Both the position numbers and the translations under genes were made by a program. Shown piece after piece: positions 47,755 to 60,522 of a stretch of DNA of 64,000 bases; position 1 is the stretch's first letter, and each line of letters starts with the position of its first letter. Source of the DNA: the human T2T-CHM13v2.0 reference genome, Homo sapiens. The stretch lies in the NCBI RefSeq assembly GCF_009914755.1, contig NC_060929.1, one strand, 5' to 3'. Below the pieces are notes generated by a model. It was not told the DNA's origin. It worked only from the letters and a program-made list of their open reading frames with translations, and ran no database searches.

Positions 47755-48309
47755 TCACACATTTGGACACTGAGTGTCAGGAATGATACAGCGAGTGCTT
47801 CTATCTTTGGACAATGAGCAAAGCTGATTCAAGGGATGTGCAATCATGACTGACTTAGCAGGTCTTGAGGTTGTGAGAAAGTTCATCACACTCAAGTTTA
47901 TTCAGAATTTAGTTTTGAGTTGGGTGGGAAACAATTCTTAGGAAGTTATTAATCATTTCTTGTGGATAGGGAGACTCTAGTCCCTCCGAAAGAAGTTGGC
48001 TCAGGTCTAGCCTTAATAAAACGCCCAAGAAAGACTCTCATGGACCAAGTTCTAGGCTCATAGAGAATACGAGTATGTGTACCTCTTGGTATCTCCTAAT
48101 AATAAATACATCTAAATTTCTACTGAGACAGATTGGTGAATGAAGAGTGTCTCAAAATCCAGGAGCTATATAGGAAGATAACTAAGACTGAAGCTTAGAA
48201 AAGATTTGTTGTCTACACTGAAATGAATGTCAGAAACATGTTTTATTGTGGAAACAGGTTTTCCCTTGTTTCATAATTAAACCTCCTGTTTTCTTTTGTT
48301 TCAAGTAGT

Positions 48310-48820
48310 ACATTAGTTAGCTATTGCTGCATAACAAATTGCCCCCAAAACTTAACAGCATTAGTAGACATTTATATTTGCTTCTATGGATCAGAAATCC
48401 TGGTGCAGCTGAGCTGCCTGTCTCTGGTTCAGGGTCTCCCACAAGACTTAAGGGTATTGGCTGGGGTTGCAGTCATCTCCACACATAACCAGGGGAGGAT
48501 CTGCTTCTAAGTTCACTTACGGCTATTGAAGGCCTCAGATCCTCATTGGATGTCAGCCAGAGAGACATCAGTTCCTTGTTACATGGGCCTCACCAAGGGC
48601 AGTTCACAGCATAGTAACGCTTCCCTCAGAGGGAACAAGAGAGGTGCCCAAGATGGAAGACACGTCTTTGTAACCTTATCTTGAGAGTGCTTCTCATCAC
48701 CTCTATAGCATTTTATTCACTAGAAGCAAGTCACTAAATCTAGCCAAGACTAAAGGGGAAGGGATTACAAAAACGCGTGAATACCAGGAGGCAAAGATCT
48801 ATCTTAGAGGCTACCTACAA
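48310..48820. mobile_element. MLT1-type (MaLR) LTR
   Basis: attagttagctattgctgcataacaaattgcccccaaaactta...tagaagcaagtcactaa...aataccaggagg. Confidence 0.7.
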
Positions 48821-50199
48821 ACAGTAAAAATATTTAGACATCTTCCAAGATTGTGTGTTTGCTTCAGGGTAAAGACTCATTTCCCTTCTATAGACCAAGA
48901 AAAAGGTTCCTTGTCTGAATTTACTAAAAAAGCCCCAACTATCCTCCTTAGCCTGAGTCTCAGTCCCTCAGATCTATCCTTTATTAGTTAGAACCAGAGT
49001 AAGCTCCTTATGTTCAGATTTATTTGTAGTTCTGCCTCCCCTTCCTCTCCACACACACACAAACACAACTATACCATATTCTTCTGACCCTTGCTTATGC
49101 CTCTGCCTTTGCCTGGGCTGCCCTGTGGCTAATCCCCCTCATTCTTTTTATTAACTAAATTACTCCTCATGGTTCAAGTCCAAATTCAGATGCCACTTTT
49201 TCAGGAACCAAGACTGAATTGTGTATCTTCCTGTGTGTTCATATAGTTTCTGTCAAAGCACTTACCCACACGTATTTTCATGTTCAGCTCCTCATCTAGA
49301 TTGTGTGTGTAGTGTGGGTGAGAATGTCTTATTCATTTATATTCCTGGTGACTAATATACTACCTGGAAAGTAGCAGGGGCTCAGGCAATATTTGTTGCT
49401 TGGTTGCATGTGGATTTAAAGACCATTCCAGAAGCAGTCAATAGCTGGTGGCAGTGGAAAGAGATGTAAGATGAGTCTTTCCTTGATGCCTCTTTTCCCT
49501 TCCCTAAGGAGGATTACTAATTAGTTTTGTCCTAGAAGTGTCCCTAGTCAGCATAAAGAGTCCAGACCCACAAAGGAAGTAGAGACTGGAAAGGGGAGCC
49601 ACTCTGGACTCTGAACTAGTATTCTCAGTCCAACCCCAGACTTCCCTATGCGAGTATGAATAAGTGGATTATCTTGCCTTTATATGGGGACACATTTTTT
49701 AAAACCTCTCAAGTTAGGATTTTTTAAAGATCACTTTTATTGAAGAAAGATTAGTATGTGATAAAATGTACCCATTTTAAGTGTACAGTTGAATGAGTTT
49801 TGACAAATGTAGTTTTCTCTTTAAAATGCTGATCTAAAATAGCTAATTATTGTGAACGATGATCTAAAATAGTTTTGTGCACTAGTCAGGAAAACCTCAC
49901 CTTGGCTTATAACATGACTTATACAGAAGTTCTAAGCAGCCCTCATAAAAATTAACTTTGGAGTATTACCTATTTAAGGACTTTATGAAACAAATTTATA
50001 ACAAATTTGAACAAGGAATTTATTACGAATTCAGAAATCTCTGTATGAGCCCTTAATTATTGCTTGATTAAAATCCTGACGAATCACTTAGGAATACATT
50101 GTTAACAGTTTTCTATGTTGTCTACCAAAGTGGAAGTTATCTGGCAAACAGTTTACGTTGCTAGCTAACAGGGAAGAAAAGTTTCTAATACGTCACCAT

Positions 50200-50345
50200 A
50201 GCTGGGCTCATTGGCTCGTGCCTGTAGTCCCGGCTACTCTGGAGGCTGAGGTGAGAGGATCACTTGAGCCAAAGAATTCAGAGCCAGCCTGGGCAACATA
50301 GTGAAACCTTGTCTCTAAAAAAAAAAAAAGAAAAAAGAAAAAAAA
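50200..50345 (+). mobile_element. FLAM
   Basis: Single Alu left monomer with A tail. Confidence 0.8.
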
Positions 50346-52058
50346 ATCACCAAAAGTGAAATTTATGCACAAAAGGAAGTTATAAGGTGTGTTGGTTCCA
50401 GAATTCTCCCCTTGTACCCTCTAGAGTAGGAGGTGCCATCTCACAGTCCTCAAAACCTATTACTCCCATTGTGGTTTTCTCTTTACCTTCTTCAATTAGC
50501 CAGAGCCTGTATATCTGAAAGACAATTCGAATGATGTCCTGCATCTTGACATTCTTACGGATTTTACTAATAGCTCCTCATTTATTTATAATTCAACAAA
50601 TATTCTGTGGATACCTACTAAGCCTAAGACCACCCTTGGTACTAAGAATGCAGCAGCGAACAGAATAAAGTTTCTGTCCTCAAATAACTTACATTTTAGC
50701 TTTCCATTCTGCAAGGTTGAGAACTGCAAAAGAATGCCTGCAAATATTGCTGACACTATTCTTACAGTCATTTCCTTAATTATTAATGAATGGATTTAGC
50801 TGTGGCCTATATTTTGATAGGTCCCAGTTATTTATCTGCAACCCCACCTCCTGTCCAGAGTTGCATCCTTTGTTTTCAGGTGCCCATTGGGGATTCTTAC
50901 TGGATGTCAGATTCAAAGTGAGCTCAGTTCCCCCAATGAAAGCCATCATTTATTTCTGGGTTTCCGATATCCATTACGAGCATCATTACTTACCCATTTA
51001 TCCAAGCTTGACACCTCCAAGTTGTCCTCGACTCCCAGCCCCTCTTTACTCACATCCAGTCAAGTTACTCAAGCCAGTTAATTTGACCTTCAGTTCAAGC
51101 CAATTAATTTGAATATCCTTCAAGAGCATCCCCACTTCTCTATTCTCACTGCCTTAGTTTGTGCCCTCAGAACCACTCAACTGCTGAAAATACCCTCTCC
51201 CTCATTTCCTACCTGTGATCTCTCCGTGCTGTTTTTAAGACGTAATTCTGATTGTACCATTCTCCTGCCTGAAGTCCAGTGACTCCACAGCTTGACAGCA
51301 ACATCTTTGAAATGACATGAGATACTTAATGATTTAACCCAACCTTTATCTCTAACCATACACCTTGTGTTCTGTCCACATTACATTGGAACACTCCACG
51401 CTCTCCGTATTTGTACCTTTGCACAGTCTCCTCCGTCAGTCTCCTGTCACAAAATGCCTACCTTAAATGTTACTGATTTTATACAGCCTCTAATAGTCCC
51501 TATGCAGTAATTTCTTTCTTCCTGTTTTCCCTCAGTGTTTTGTTCATTCTTCTACTGCGGTGTTTATATTATACTGCACTGCAGTCATTTATTTTTTCAT
51601 GTCTTTGTCCAGTAAAAGTTTTAAACAGCCCTTTCTAAACTGTGAGATCTTAGAGAACTTGGACTGTAGCAAATTCATACTTAGTTTTCTGGCAATTTGG
51701 AGCATTTCAGAATTTGAACATTCCTTCAATGCTTTTCATCAATGAACTTATCTGAATGTGGTTTTATTTATTTAGATCTATGAAAAATTACTACCCTAGA
51801 ATTTCTTCAGTCTTTGGTTAAGTCCATTCTGCAGTTTAATGCTCATATGCAAGAAACTCTCTTTTCTTTAGTTTTTCTCTAAAACATACTTAGTAAGCGT
51901 ATAGGTAAAAAATATTTTGAACAGTTATAATGGTCATACTTTTATGATGTATTTAATTGTTTATCATACAGACACTTCATTTGGAGTACCTTAACATGAT
52001 GTTATCTGTATTTACCTATAGTCTAAATTATACCATCTATAATGTGCTTAATTTTTAG

Positions 52059-52157
52059 GGTTCAACTACACGAATGGACCATGAAACAGCCAGTGTTTTG
52101 AGTTCTAGTAGCACACACTCTGCACCTCGAAGGCTGACAAGTCATCTGGGAACCAAG
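52059..52157 (+). CDS. APC: APC coding exon 8 (c.835-933, 99 nt): [33 protein letters not shown]
   Basis: aatttttag|GGTTCA ... ACCAAG|gtaaca. Confidence 0.98.
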
Positions 52158-52207
52158 GTAACAGAAGATTACAAACCCTGGTCACTAATGCCATGACTAC
52201 TTTGCTA

Positions 52208-52459
<252 letters not shown>

Positions 52460-53035
52460 GCTTTCTAGTGGAGAATTCTGATTCACAGTCTCTTGAAGAA
52501 ATTACATATTTTTATACAACGAAGCATAAACAAGGGAAAAATCAGGTTTATAAAAAGTGCCAGATTAGCTAATTTTTAATTCTTTTTCAGTCTTTACATC
52601 CACTTTTCTGCAAGAATACTGAGTTCCAGCCAAACTGGCTCACTTCCTGCTTCCTGAACATTCCCTGTGACTTTCCCCCTCCCTTCCTTGCCTGCATTGG
52701 TGGGGACCACCATAAATGTCTGTCAGAATCCTAGCCAGCCTTCAAAACTCTTCTTGGGCTTTGCTTTTTCACAAAACATTTTCTGATTCCCAAGGTCCTC
52801 TTACCTCCCCATGTGATCCATCTGCCTCATTTGAATCACTAACAATTTGCATGAACCTGTCTTTTGGAAATCAAGAAATGTTTTTTTACTTATCTTTTGC
52901 TGTGTCTAACAGAGTGCCTGCACATGAGTAAATATGTATTGAGGTGAATGGAAAAATTGTTGAAGTTGAGTGTTATTTCATGCTGATAAGTGAGCTTTCT
53001 TAGAGTATCTTTCTTAGATGTTAGCAAATATTTTA

Positions 53036-53398
<363 letters not shown>

Positions 53399-53417
53399 TT
53401 AAAGTCAGAGATTTGAT

Positions 53418-53733
<316 letters not shown>

Positions 53734-54536
53734 CATCAGAGATTTTAATATTCACTAAGATGAAATGAAATTCTAATATTACTAAACGATGTATTTTCGA
53801 TTAACTCGAATTCCATTAATTGTTTTCACAGCATACTCTGTATACTCTTTCTTTACTGTAAATAATATAATAGCTCTTGGGAAAGGTATTACTGAAATAA
53901 CTAATGTTGATTTAAGTAATGATTTTAGAATAATCAATGATATTCTCACTATGAGGCTTAATCCTGTTTATACTTCTTGGGACCTTATATGCCATTCACT
54001 GTGCCAGGAGTTGTATGTACCTTATCTCTGGTCCTCTCCAAAATTCTATGAAGTATCCATATTTCTCTAAATGAGAAAACTGAAGCAAAAAAAATTTTAG
54101 GCATGGAAATTTAATTCCAGATCTGTCTAACCTCAACATGTAGTTTTTACTATAAAGAAAATCTTGAATATTCAAGAGTAATATTGTGTGAAAACTGGCA
54201 ATTAGAATACTGTTTCTTTTTGAAGTAATTTATGCATGATAATATTAAGACCCTAGTATGTATTTTGAATGCTAGCTACTGTCCTATACATGTATTATTT
54301 TATTTCACCTTAATGGAGAAAACCTTGTTAGGTAGGTAAATTTCTCCATTTTGCAGCTCAGGAAACTGAGGCTCAGAGAAATCAAATAGCTTAACTATAA
54401 TAGTATCACAGCTTGCTCCTAAGAGGTGGAGCCAAAATTTGAACCTAGCTCCGATGAAAACCCATTTATCCGCAGTCCTATACTGCCTTCCTAAAACTTT
54501 CATATCTAAAGGTGTATGTGTATTTACGCATTTAAA

Positions 54537-54733
54537 GCAGCATTTCTAAACCTCAGCACTATTGGCTGGATAATTCTTTGTTGCATTCTAGAATGTATAG
54601 TAACGTCCCTGGTCTCTCCCCACTAGATTCCCCTAAAATACCCATCCTACAATTGTGACAACCAAAAATGTCTCCAAGATGTTGTCAAATGTGTCCCGAT
54701 GGGGGCAAAATTGCCCCCAGTTGAGAACCATTG
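54537..54733. mobile_element. MER20 hAT element; MIR fragments nearby (~54320-54490)
   Basis: cctcagcactattggctggataattctttgttg...gggggcaaaattgcccccagttgagaaccattg. Confidence 0.82.
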
Positions 54734-55526
54734 ACTTATAGAGAATGATGCATTCTTTATATAATAGCCTCTACTTTTATATAATACCCTCTAGCGTTAA
54801 AATGAGTGGACCATGGCCCAGGATAACTGGGTGCCACTTTCCGGTTTCTAATCTGCTTCTAAGTAAATACGTAGAATTTATTGTCAGAGAGTAATTAGTA
54901 CTTACCAGTTGCTTTTTAAAAAACTGACTACAAATCCTGGCTCTCACTCTGTATGATCATGGCATTTTCCTTTTTATGACAAAATGTTTTTAAATTTATA
55001 ATCGTATAATTTTAATAATATCATCTGACGAGAATTAATGATTGCTGAGAATTAGTACTTAAAATTGTTGCAGAAATGTTTTCTGTTTATTGCTTATAGG
55101 TATAGATTAAAAGAAATAAGATAAAGTTTTAAATTATGTAAAGATTTAGATAAACTACATTCTCTAGGTGTGTGAAATCCGTTGTTTTTCACTGATTATA
55201 GTCAGTGGATTAGCACCAACTTATCTAGGCAAACAGCACTAACAGTTTGTTAGTGAGTATGCAAAAACCTACTTTTGCTTTTAATACTGTATATTACCAC
55301 TCATACTATTTACTCACATAAACAAATTGGTGATGATACATAGATTTTGAAATAACACTGATTACTTCATCCTGGAAAGGTTTTCCGGTTTTTTTTTTTT
55401 TTTTGGCGGGGGGGGGTTGTTTTGTTTTTTTAGAGTTATAGTAAATATCCCATTCATCACTTAATTGGTTTTTGGCTTTTGGATATTAAAGTCGTAATTT
55501 TGTTTCTAAACTCATTTGGCCCACAG

Positions 55527-55905
55527 GTGGAAATGGTGTATTCATTGTTGTCAATGCTTGGTACTCATGATAAGGATGATATGTCGCGAACTTTGCTAGC
55601 TATGTCTAGCTCCCAAGACAGCTGTATATCCATGCGACAGTCTGGATGTCTTCCTCTCCTCATCCAGCTTTTACATGGCAATGACAAAGACTCTGTATTG
55701 TTGGGAAATTCCCGGGGCAGTAAAGAGGCTCGGGCCAGGGCCAGTGCAGCACTCCACAACATCATTCACTCACAGCCTGATGACAAGAGAGGCAGGCGTG
55801 AAATCCGAGTCCTTCATCTTTTGGAACAGATACGCGCTTACTGTGAAACCTGTTGGGAGTGGCAGGAAGCTCATGAACCAGGCATGGACCAGGACAAAAA
55901 TCCAA
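55527..55905 (+). CDS. APC: APC coding exon 9 (c.934-1312, 379 nt): VEMVYSLLSMLG...MDQDKNP; pre-armadillo region
   Basis: ggcccacag|GTGGAA ... AATCCAA|gtatgt; ORF 55479..55955. Confidence 0.98.
55830..55905 (+). CDS. APC: APC short exon 9a; an internal alternative acceptor removes 303 nt / 101 codons in frame
   Basis: ccttcatcttttggaacag|ATACGC lies exactly 303 nt into exon 9, matching the established 9/9a alternative splice. Confidence 0.9.
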
Positions 55906-56329
55906 GTATGTTCTCTATAGTGTACATCGTAGTGCATGTTTCAAAGCAAATGTGAAATTTTTAAACAGAAAACATGTTTAGTTAATATGCTGTCTTTATG
56001 ACTAAGAGGAGAAAATTCATATCAGCCATTTGTGCTACTCATATTTAAAAGATTAAGTCTGTATTTCCCTAGAAAAATTTAGCAAAGGAAAATGTTATGT
56101 GCACTACTATAAGAACAGTAAGTCAAGAGAAATTTATACAATCATAGCATAGTAGGGCCTTAGTAGAGCTAGAAAGAACTTGAGCAATTATGTTGCCCAT
56201 CTTTCACTTCATAGCTGAAGCTCATTTCATAGATGAAAGTGACTTTACGTAAGTTCCTATAGCCATTAGTGTCCAAACCATAATCTTTTACATTTGCATA
56301 TCATTATATTCAGGGGATACAGAGCAGCG

Positions 56330-56530
56330 TTACATCTGTTATGTTATTTGCTCCTCACATCAACCTAGTGAAGTAGGAAGGGAAGGTATTATCATCTCCA
56401 TTTTACAGATGAAAAAACTGAGGCTCAGAAGAGCTAAAGGACTTAACCATGGCCTCACACCTAGTAAGTGGTAGACCCAGGAACAGAGCCCAGATCTCCT
56501 GACTCTCAGCTCGGTGCTCTTCCTACTGTA
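56330..56530. mobile_element. MIR
   Basis: ccattttacagatgaaaaaactgaggctcaga core. Confidence 0.8.
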
Positions 56531-56742
56531 CCATCCAGCTGTAGACAGTGGGCCTCAGTTGCTGGGAGTGATAATCCACCCAGCTCTTCACTCAGGAAGG
56601 GACCCTTAGACCTCAGCCCCACTCCCGCAGGAGCAGCATGGGAGTTAGGACCTATGCGGATATAACTTATTTCATTCCTGTAGCCAAGAACCAAAAGCAG
56701 TAAGTATGTAAGGTAAGACCTTCCTTTCACCTGATAAGAACT

Positions 56743-56743
<1 letters not shown>

Positions 56744-56777
<34 letters not shown>
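56744..56777. repeat. (AC)~17 microsatellite
   Basis: Uninterrupted AC run. Confidence 0.95.
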
Positions 56778-56781
<4 letters not shown>

Positions 56782-56928
56782 ACTACAAGTAGATGATTCT
56801 ACTGTATCAGCCTATTGATGTGAAGAGGAGATGATACAAACATGACTTATGAACCTATAGCAGATTTTTTTAAGCTTAGGTATGAAGGTGAATTTATTTG
56901 AAATCTAAAAATGTTCAAGGATAAGAAA

Positions 56929-57065
56929 GGCCAGGTGTGGTGGTTCATGCCTGTAATGGCAGCACTTTGGGAGGCTGAGACAGGAGGATTGCTTAAGCCC
57001 AGGAGTTAAAGACCAGCTGGGCAGCACAGTGAGACACTATCTCATTTTTAAAAAATTTAAAAAGC
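56929..57065 (+). mobile_element. FLAM
   Basis: Single Alu monomer. Confidence 0.78.
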
Positions 57066-57419
57066 ATAAGAAAAAAGGGATTGCCTTTCATATCTATTTG
57101 TCCTGGGGTGAGGGGAACTAGTAAGATTTTACTGGGAGAACATTGCCTTCCTGGATTGTTTCTTTGGCTATCCACAGTTACGTAATGACCCACATTTTGT
57201 ACTCCTGATATTTGTTCTCAAAAAATTAAATAGAATAAAATGATACTTCTTTTGAGAAGTTTTTTAAAAACTTACGTCAAATGAGTTTTGAAACCTCGTG
57301 CATAGTATTGAATGTGGAGGTACATTTTCTTAGTCACCCTTTTAAAAAATATCTGTTTACTGTCTAGTATATCTGTGTAACTTTTTGTATTAGAGATCAC
57401 ATTTGTACATAGCCACATG

Positions 57420-57730
57420 CTTTTTTTCTCTGTTTGTATTGAGACAGGGTCTCACACAAGCGCCCAGACTGTAATGCAGTGGTGCGATCACAGTTCACTG
57501 CAGCCTCAACCTCCCAGGCTCAAGCACTCCTCCTACCTCAGCCTCCTGAGAGTATCTGGGACTACAAGCATGTGCCACCACAACTGACTAATTTTTTTTT
57601 TTTTTTTTTTTGAGAGACGGGGTTTTGCCATGTTTCCCAGGCTGGTCTTGAACTCCTTGGGCTCAAGGATCTGCTCACTTCAGCCTCCCAAAGTGCTGGG
57701 ATTACTGGTGTGAGCCACTGCACCTAGCAC
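57420..57730 (-). mobile_element. Alu (J-like)
   Basis: Antisense Alu. Confidence 0.85.
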
Positions 57731-57782
57731 CATGTGCTTTTAACCCACACTCATGATAGTAGTTTAAATAGAAATTATAAAC

Positions 57783-58100
57783 TGGGCTAAGCACGGTGGC
57801 TCGTGCCTATAATTCTAGCACTATGGGAGGCCCGGGCAGGAGCGGCACTTGAGGCCAGGAGTTTGAGACTACCCTGGGCAACATAGCAAGACCCTATCTC
57901 TACAAAAAATTTTAAAAATTAGCTAGGGATTGTGGGGTATGCCTGTAGTCCTAGCTGCTCCGGAAGCTGAGGCAGGAAGGTCAATTGAGCCCAGGAATAC
58001 AAGGCTGCGGTGAAAGCTATGATCATTCCACTCGAGCCTGGGCAACAGAGCAAGACCCTGTTTTGTTTTTTTTTTGTTGTTTTTTTAAAGAAAGAAAGAA
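57783..58100 (+). mobile_element. Alu (J-like)
   Basis: Sense Alu whose tail is largely T-rich. Confidence 0.85.
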
Positions 58101-58456
58101 ATTATAAACAAAATTAAACCATTTTATACCAAAATATTTTTATTATTTTGTATACTCAACATAATTTTAAGTTATTAGCTATATGAGTAATAGCATAAAC
58201 CTCCTAGACTTATTCTAAGAGACTTAGTCAAGGGCAGATGAGTGGTAAACATTTTTATGGAAACAAATCCCTTTATTCCTATTTTTTGTTCCACATTTGT
58301 AGTATTTATTCATCCTTTCAGCAAATATTTGTTGATCCACTAAAATTCCGTGAATTAGGGTTATATTAGTGATCCCTGCATATTTTTAAAGTACAATAAA
58401 CATCATTGCTCTTCAAATAACAAAGCATTATGGTTTATGTTGATTTTATTTTTCAG

Positions 58457-58552
58457 TGCCAGCTCCTGTTGAACATCAGATCTGTCCTGCTGTGTGTGTT
58501 CTAATGAAACTTTCATTTGATGAAGAGCATAGACATGCAATGAATGAACTAG
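58457..58552 (+). CDS. APC: APC coding exon 10 (c.1313-1408, 96 nt): MPAPVEHQICPAVCVLMKLSFDEEHRHAMNEL
   Basis: ttatttttcag|TGCCAG ... AACTAG|gtaaga. Confidence 0.98.
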
Positions 58553-59867
58553 GTAAGACAAAAATGTTTTTTAATGACATAGACAATTACTGGTGGATTT
58601 TTAAATCATGGTAGAAATTCAGTATAGTAAATAAAGATTTTTAATCATTGATGAATTAGGATATAAGGCCACCAACTTCTGTTATCAGCTGCTTCCTCTG
58701 TGTAGCAAAAAATTGTACCCTGGTTTCCAGCATAGAAAGGATCCTGAATCACAGAAACTGCTACCCTGTCATAAGCTAACTTTTTCAAAATCGAAGCCGG
58801 AGATTGAAAAAAAATGACAAAATGGGTCACTCTTTGTCCCTTTTGCCAAAGTAGACTCTATATGTGCCAGCTGATGAGGATGGTAATTTGAATTATTTTG
58901 AAATGTGGAGCTGCTGTATTGTGATTGAACTCAGTCACTTTTGATGAGCATCAGAGGGAATTATTATTAAGATTGTCATTTATCTTCATGGTTATTGGTA
59001 CTTTACAGGATTTTCATCATAAGCAGCCTGGTATCTTTGAAATTGGTTAATATAGAAAAGTATTATGCTTTAAGTCAGAAACATTTCATTATAACTTTGG
59101 AATGATTACTTCTTTAGGTATGTATTTTCACACACTAAGCCTTATATAACCAGCAGTGCACTCCATTTTTTATGTAATGGTTTTTCTTTGATTTCTAGGT
59201 TCATTTTGTACATGTGGTATTTATAAATTGCATCATGCTGAACCATCTCATGTGAACTGGATCTCTCTAGTCATGCCACAAGCAAGAACCATACACTTAA
59301 TTCCCATTTTAGTGTAATTGTGCCCTTGCTTTTTGTGCCGTTTATGTTACATTATGTTCCAGCCACCACTTTATATTCCTATCCCCTCATCGTTTCATTC
59401 GTCATTTATCTTAAAAGTGATGAAGTCATGAGACTCTTACACAGAGAACCTGAACAGCCAAAAGTATTGTCTCCTTCAGAGTCATCACTTTGGGAGGCTC
59501 TGCACCTTAAGATTTCAGGCCTGCCCTCTGGCCATGCTTTCCTTCCTAGTGGTGTAGCAATTGGCCTACCTGATTCTCTTTCCTCCCCCTGGTCTCCTGT
59601 GGATTCTCAGTTAATCTTATGAATTCTCCCCTCGTTAATACAATCTCAGCATTTGTGAACATTTTAAATTTTTTAAAATGCTAATCATAACAGGAAGGGG
59701 ATAAAAAATAATGAATAAACAGGAAAACATTCAGTTTTAAGATACCTCAAAAGTTATTCTGTAAATGTTCCTGTATTCCAATGGATTGTAGACTAGGACT
59801 GAGACATTAATCATCTGGATTTCAAAATAAAACCTAGACTCAGTATTTGTTCCTCTTCCTTCTTCAG

Positions 59868-59921
59868 GTAGGAAGGCTACCCGGGGCATTTCATCACAGG
59901 AGCTAGGGCAGGGGCTTTCAG
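59868..59921 (+). CDS. APC: APC alternative cassette exon 10A (54 nt, adds 18 aa GRKATRGISSQELGQGLS)
   Basis: Strong pyrimidine tract ttcctcttccttcttcag|GTAGGA ... TTTCAG|gtgagg. Phase 1-1 with no stop. The size matches the known 54-nt exon 10A. Confidence 0.88.
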
Positions 59922-60357
59922 GTGAGGAGCAGGATGGGGCCTCTGGGGGTGTGACTGCTGGGGACATAGCCACAGGGGATTACCTTCTTCTCACTCCTCA
60001 CCTCCAGATTTGCACTGGGGCAAAAGGAGGATTAGGGTGTGTGGATTGCGGGGAGATAATAGTACAAGACAGCACAAGGTTTTGGCAGTAAGGGATAAGG
60101 AGAAAAGAAATCCCAAATAGGTAAAGGGGAATTCCTTAGTTCAGTCAGCTGGGATGGTCATTTGTACATATATGAAGATTCTACAGCTATCAGTCATTTA
60201 AGTTTGCACTTATTAGTATTAGAAGTTTTAGAATATAATTTCCATGATGTATGTTTATTGATTCCCTAATCTACCCCAGAAACTGTGCTAGGCACTAGAT
60301 TTTTATAATGATTAAGACCTGGTCCTGGCTTTCGGGGAACTCACAGTTTATTTGCAT

Positions 60358-60522
60358 TAGTGTTTCACAAAATACCTAAATCATAATGATCACCCAGAGG
60401 CACTCGTCAAACTGGATTTTCTGGCGCTGTAGCAAACAGAATCTCCAGGGGAAGGGCCTAGGAATCAATGTGATAAGTGGCCTGGCTGATTCTTATGTTC
60501 GGGAAATTTTGTGAAACACCAG
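60358..60522. mobile_element. MER5B-like hAT fossil
   Basis: agtgtttcacaaaat...atcacccagagg...cagaatctccaggggaagggcctaggaatc...gtgaaacacc. Confidence 0.6.

Noticed and set aside
55565-55920. Overlapping antisense and alternate-frame ORFs in exon 9
   Set aside because: These are short shadows of a GC-richer coding exon with no independent support.
59737-59973. Minus-strand 78-aa Pro/Ser-rich ORF
   Set aside because: It is the antisense shadow of exon 10A and its G-rich flank, with no promoter or splice evidence.
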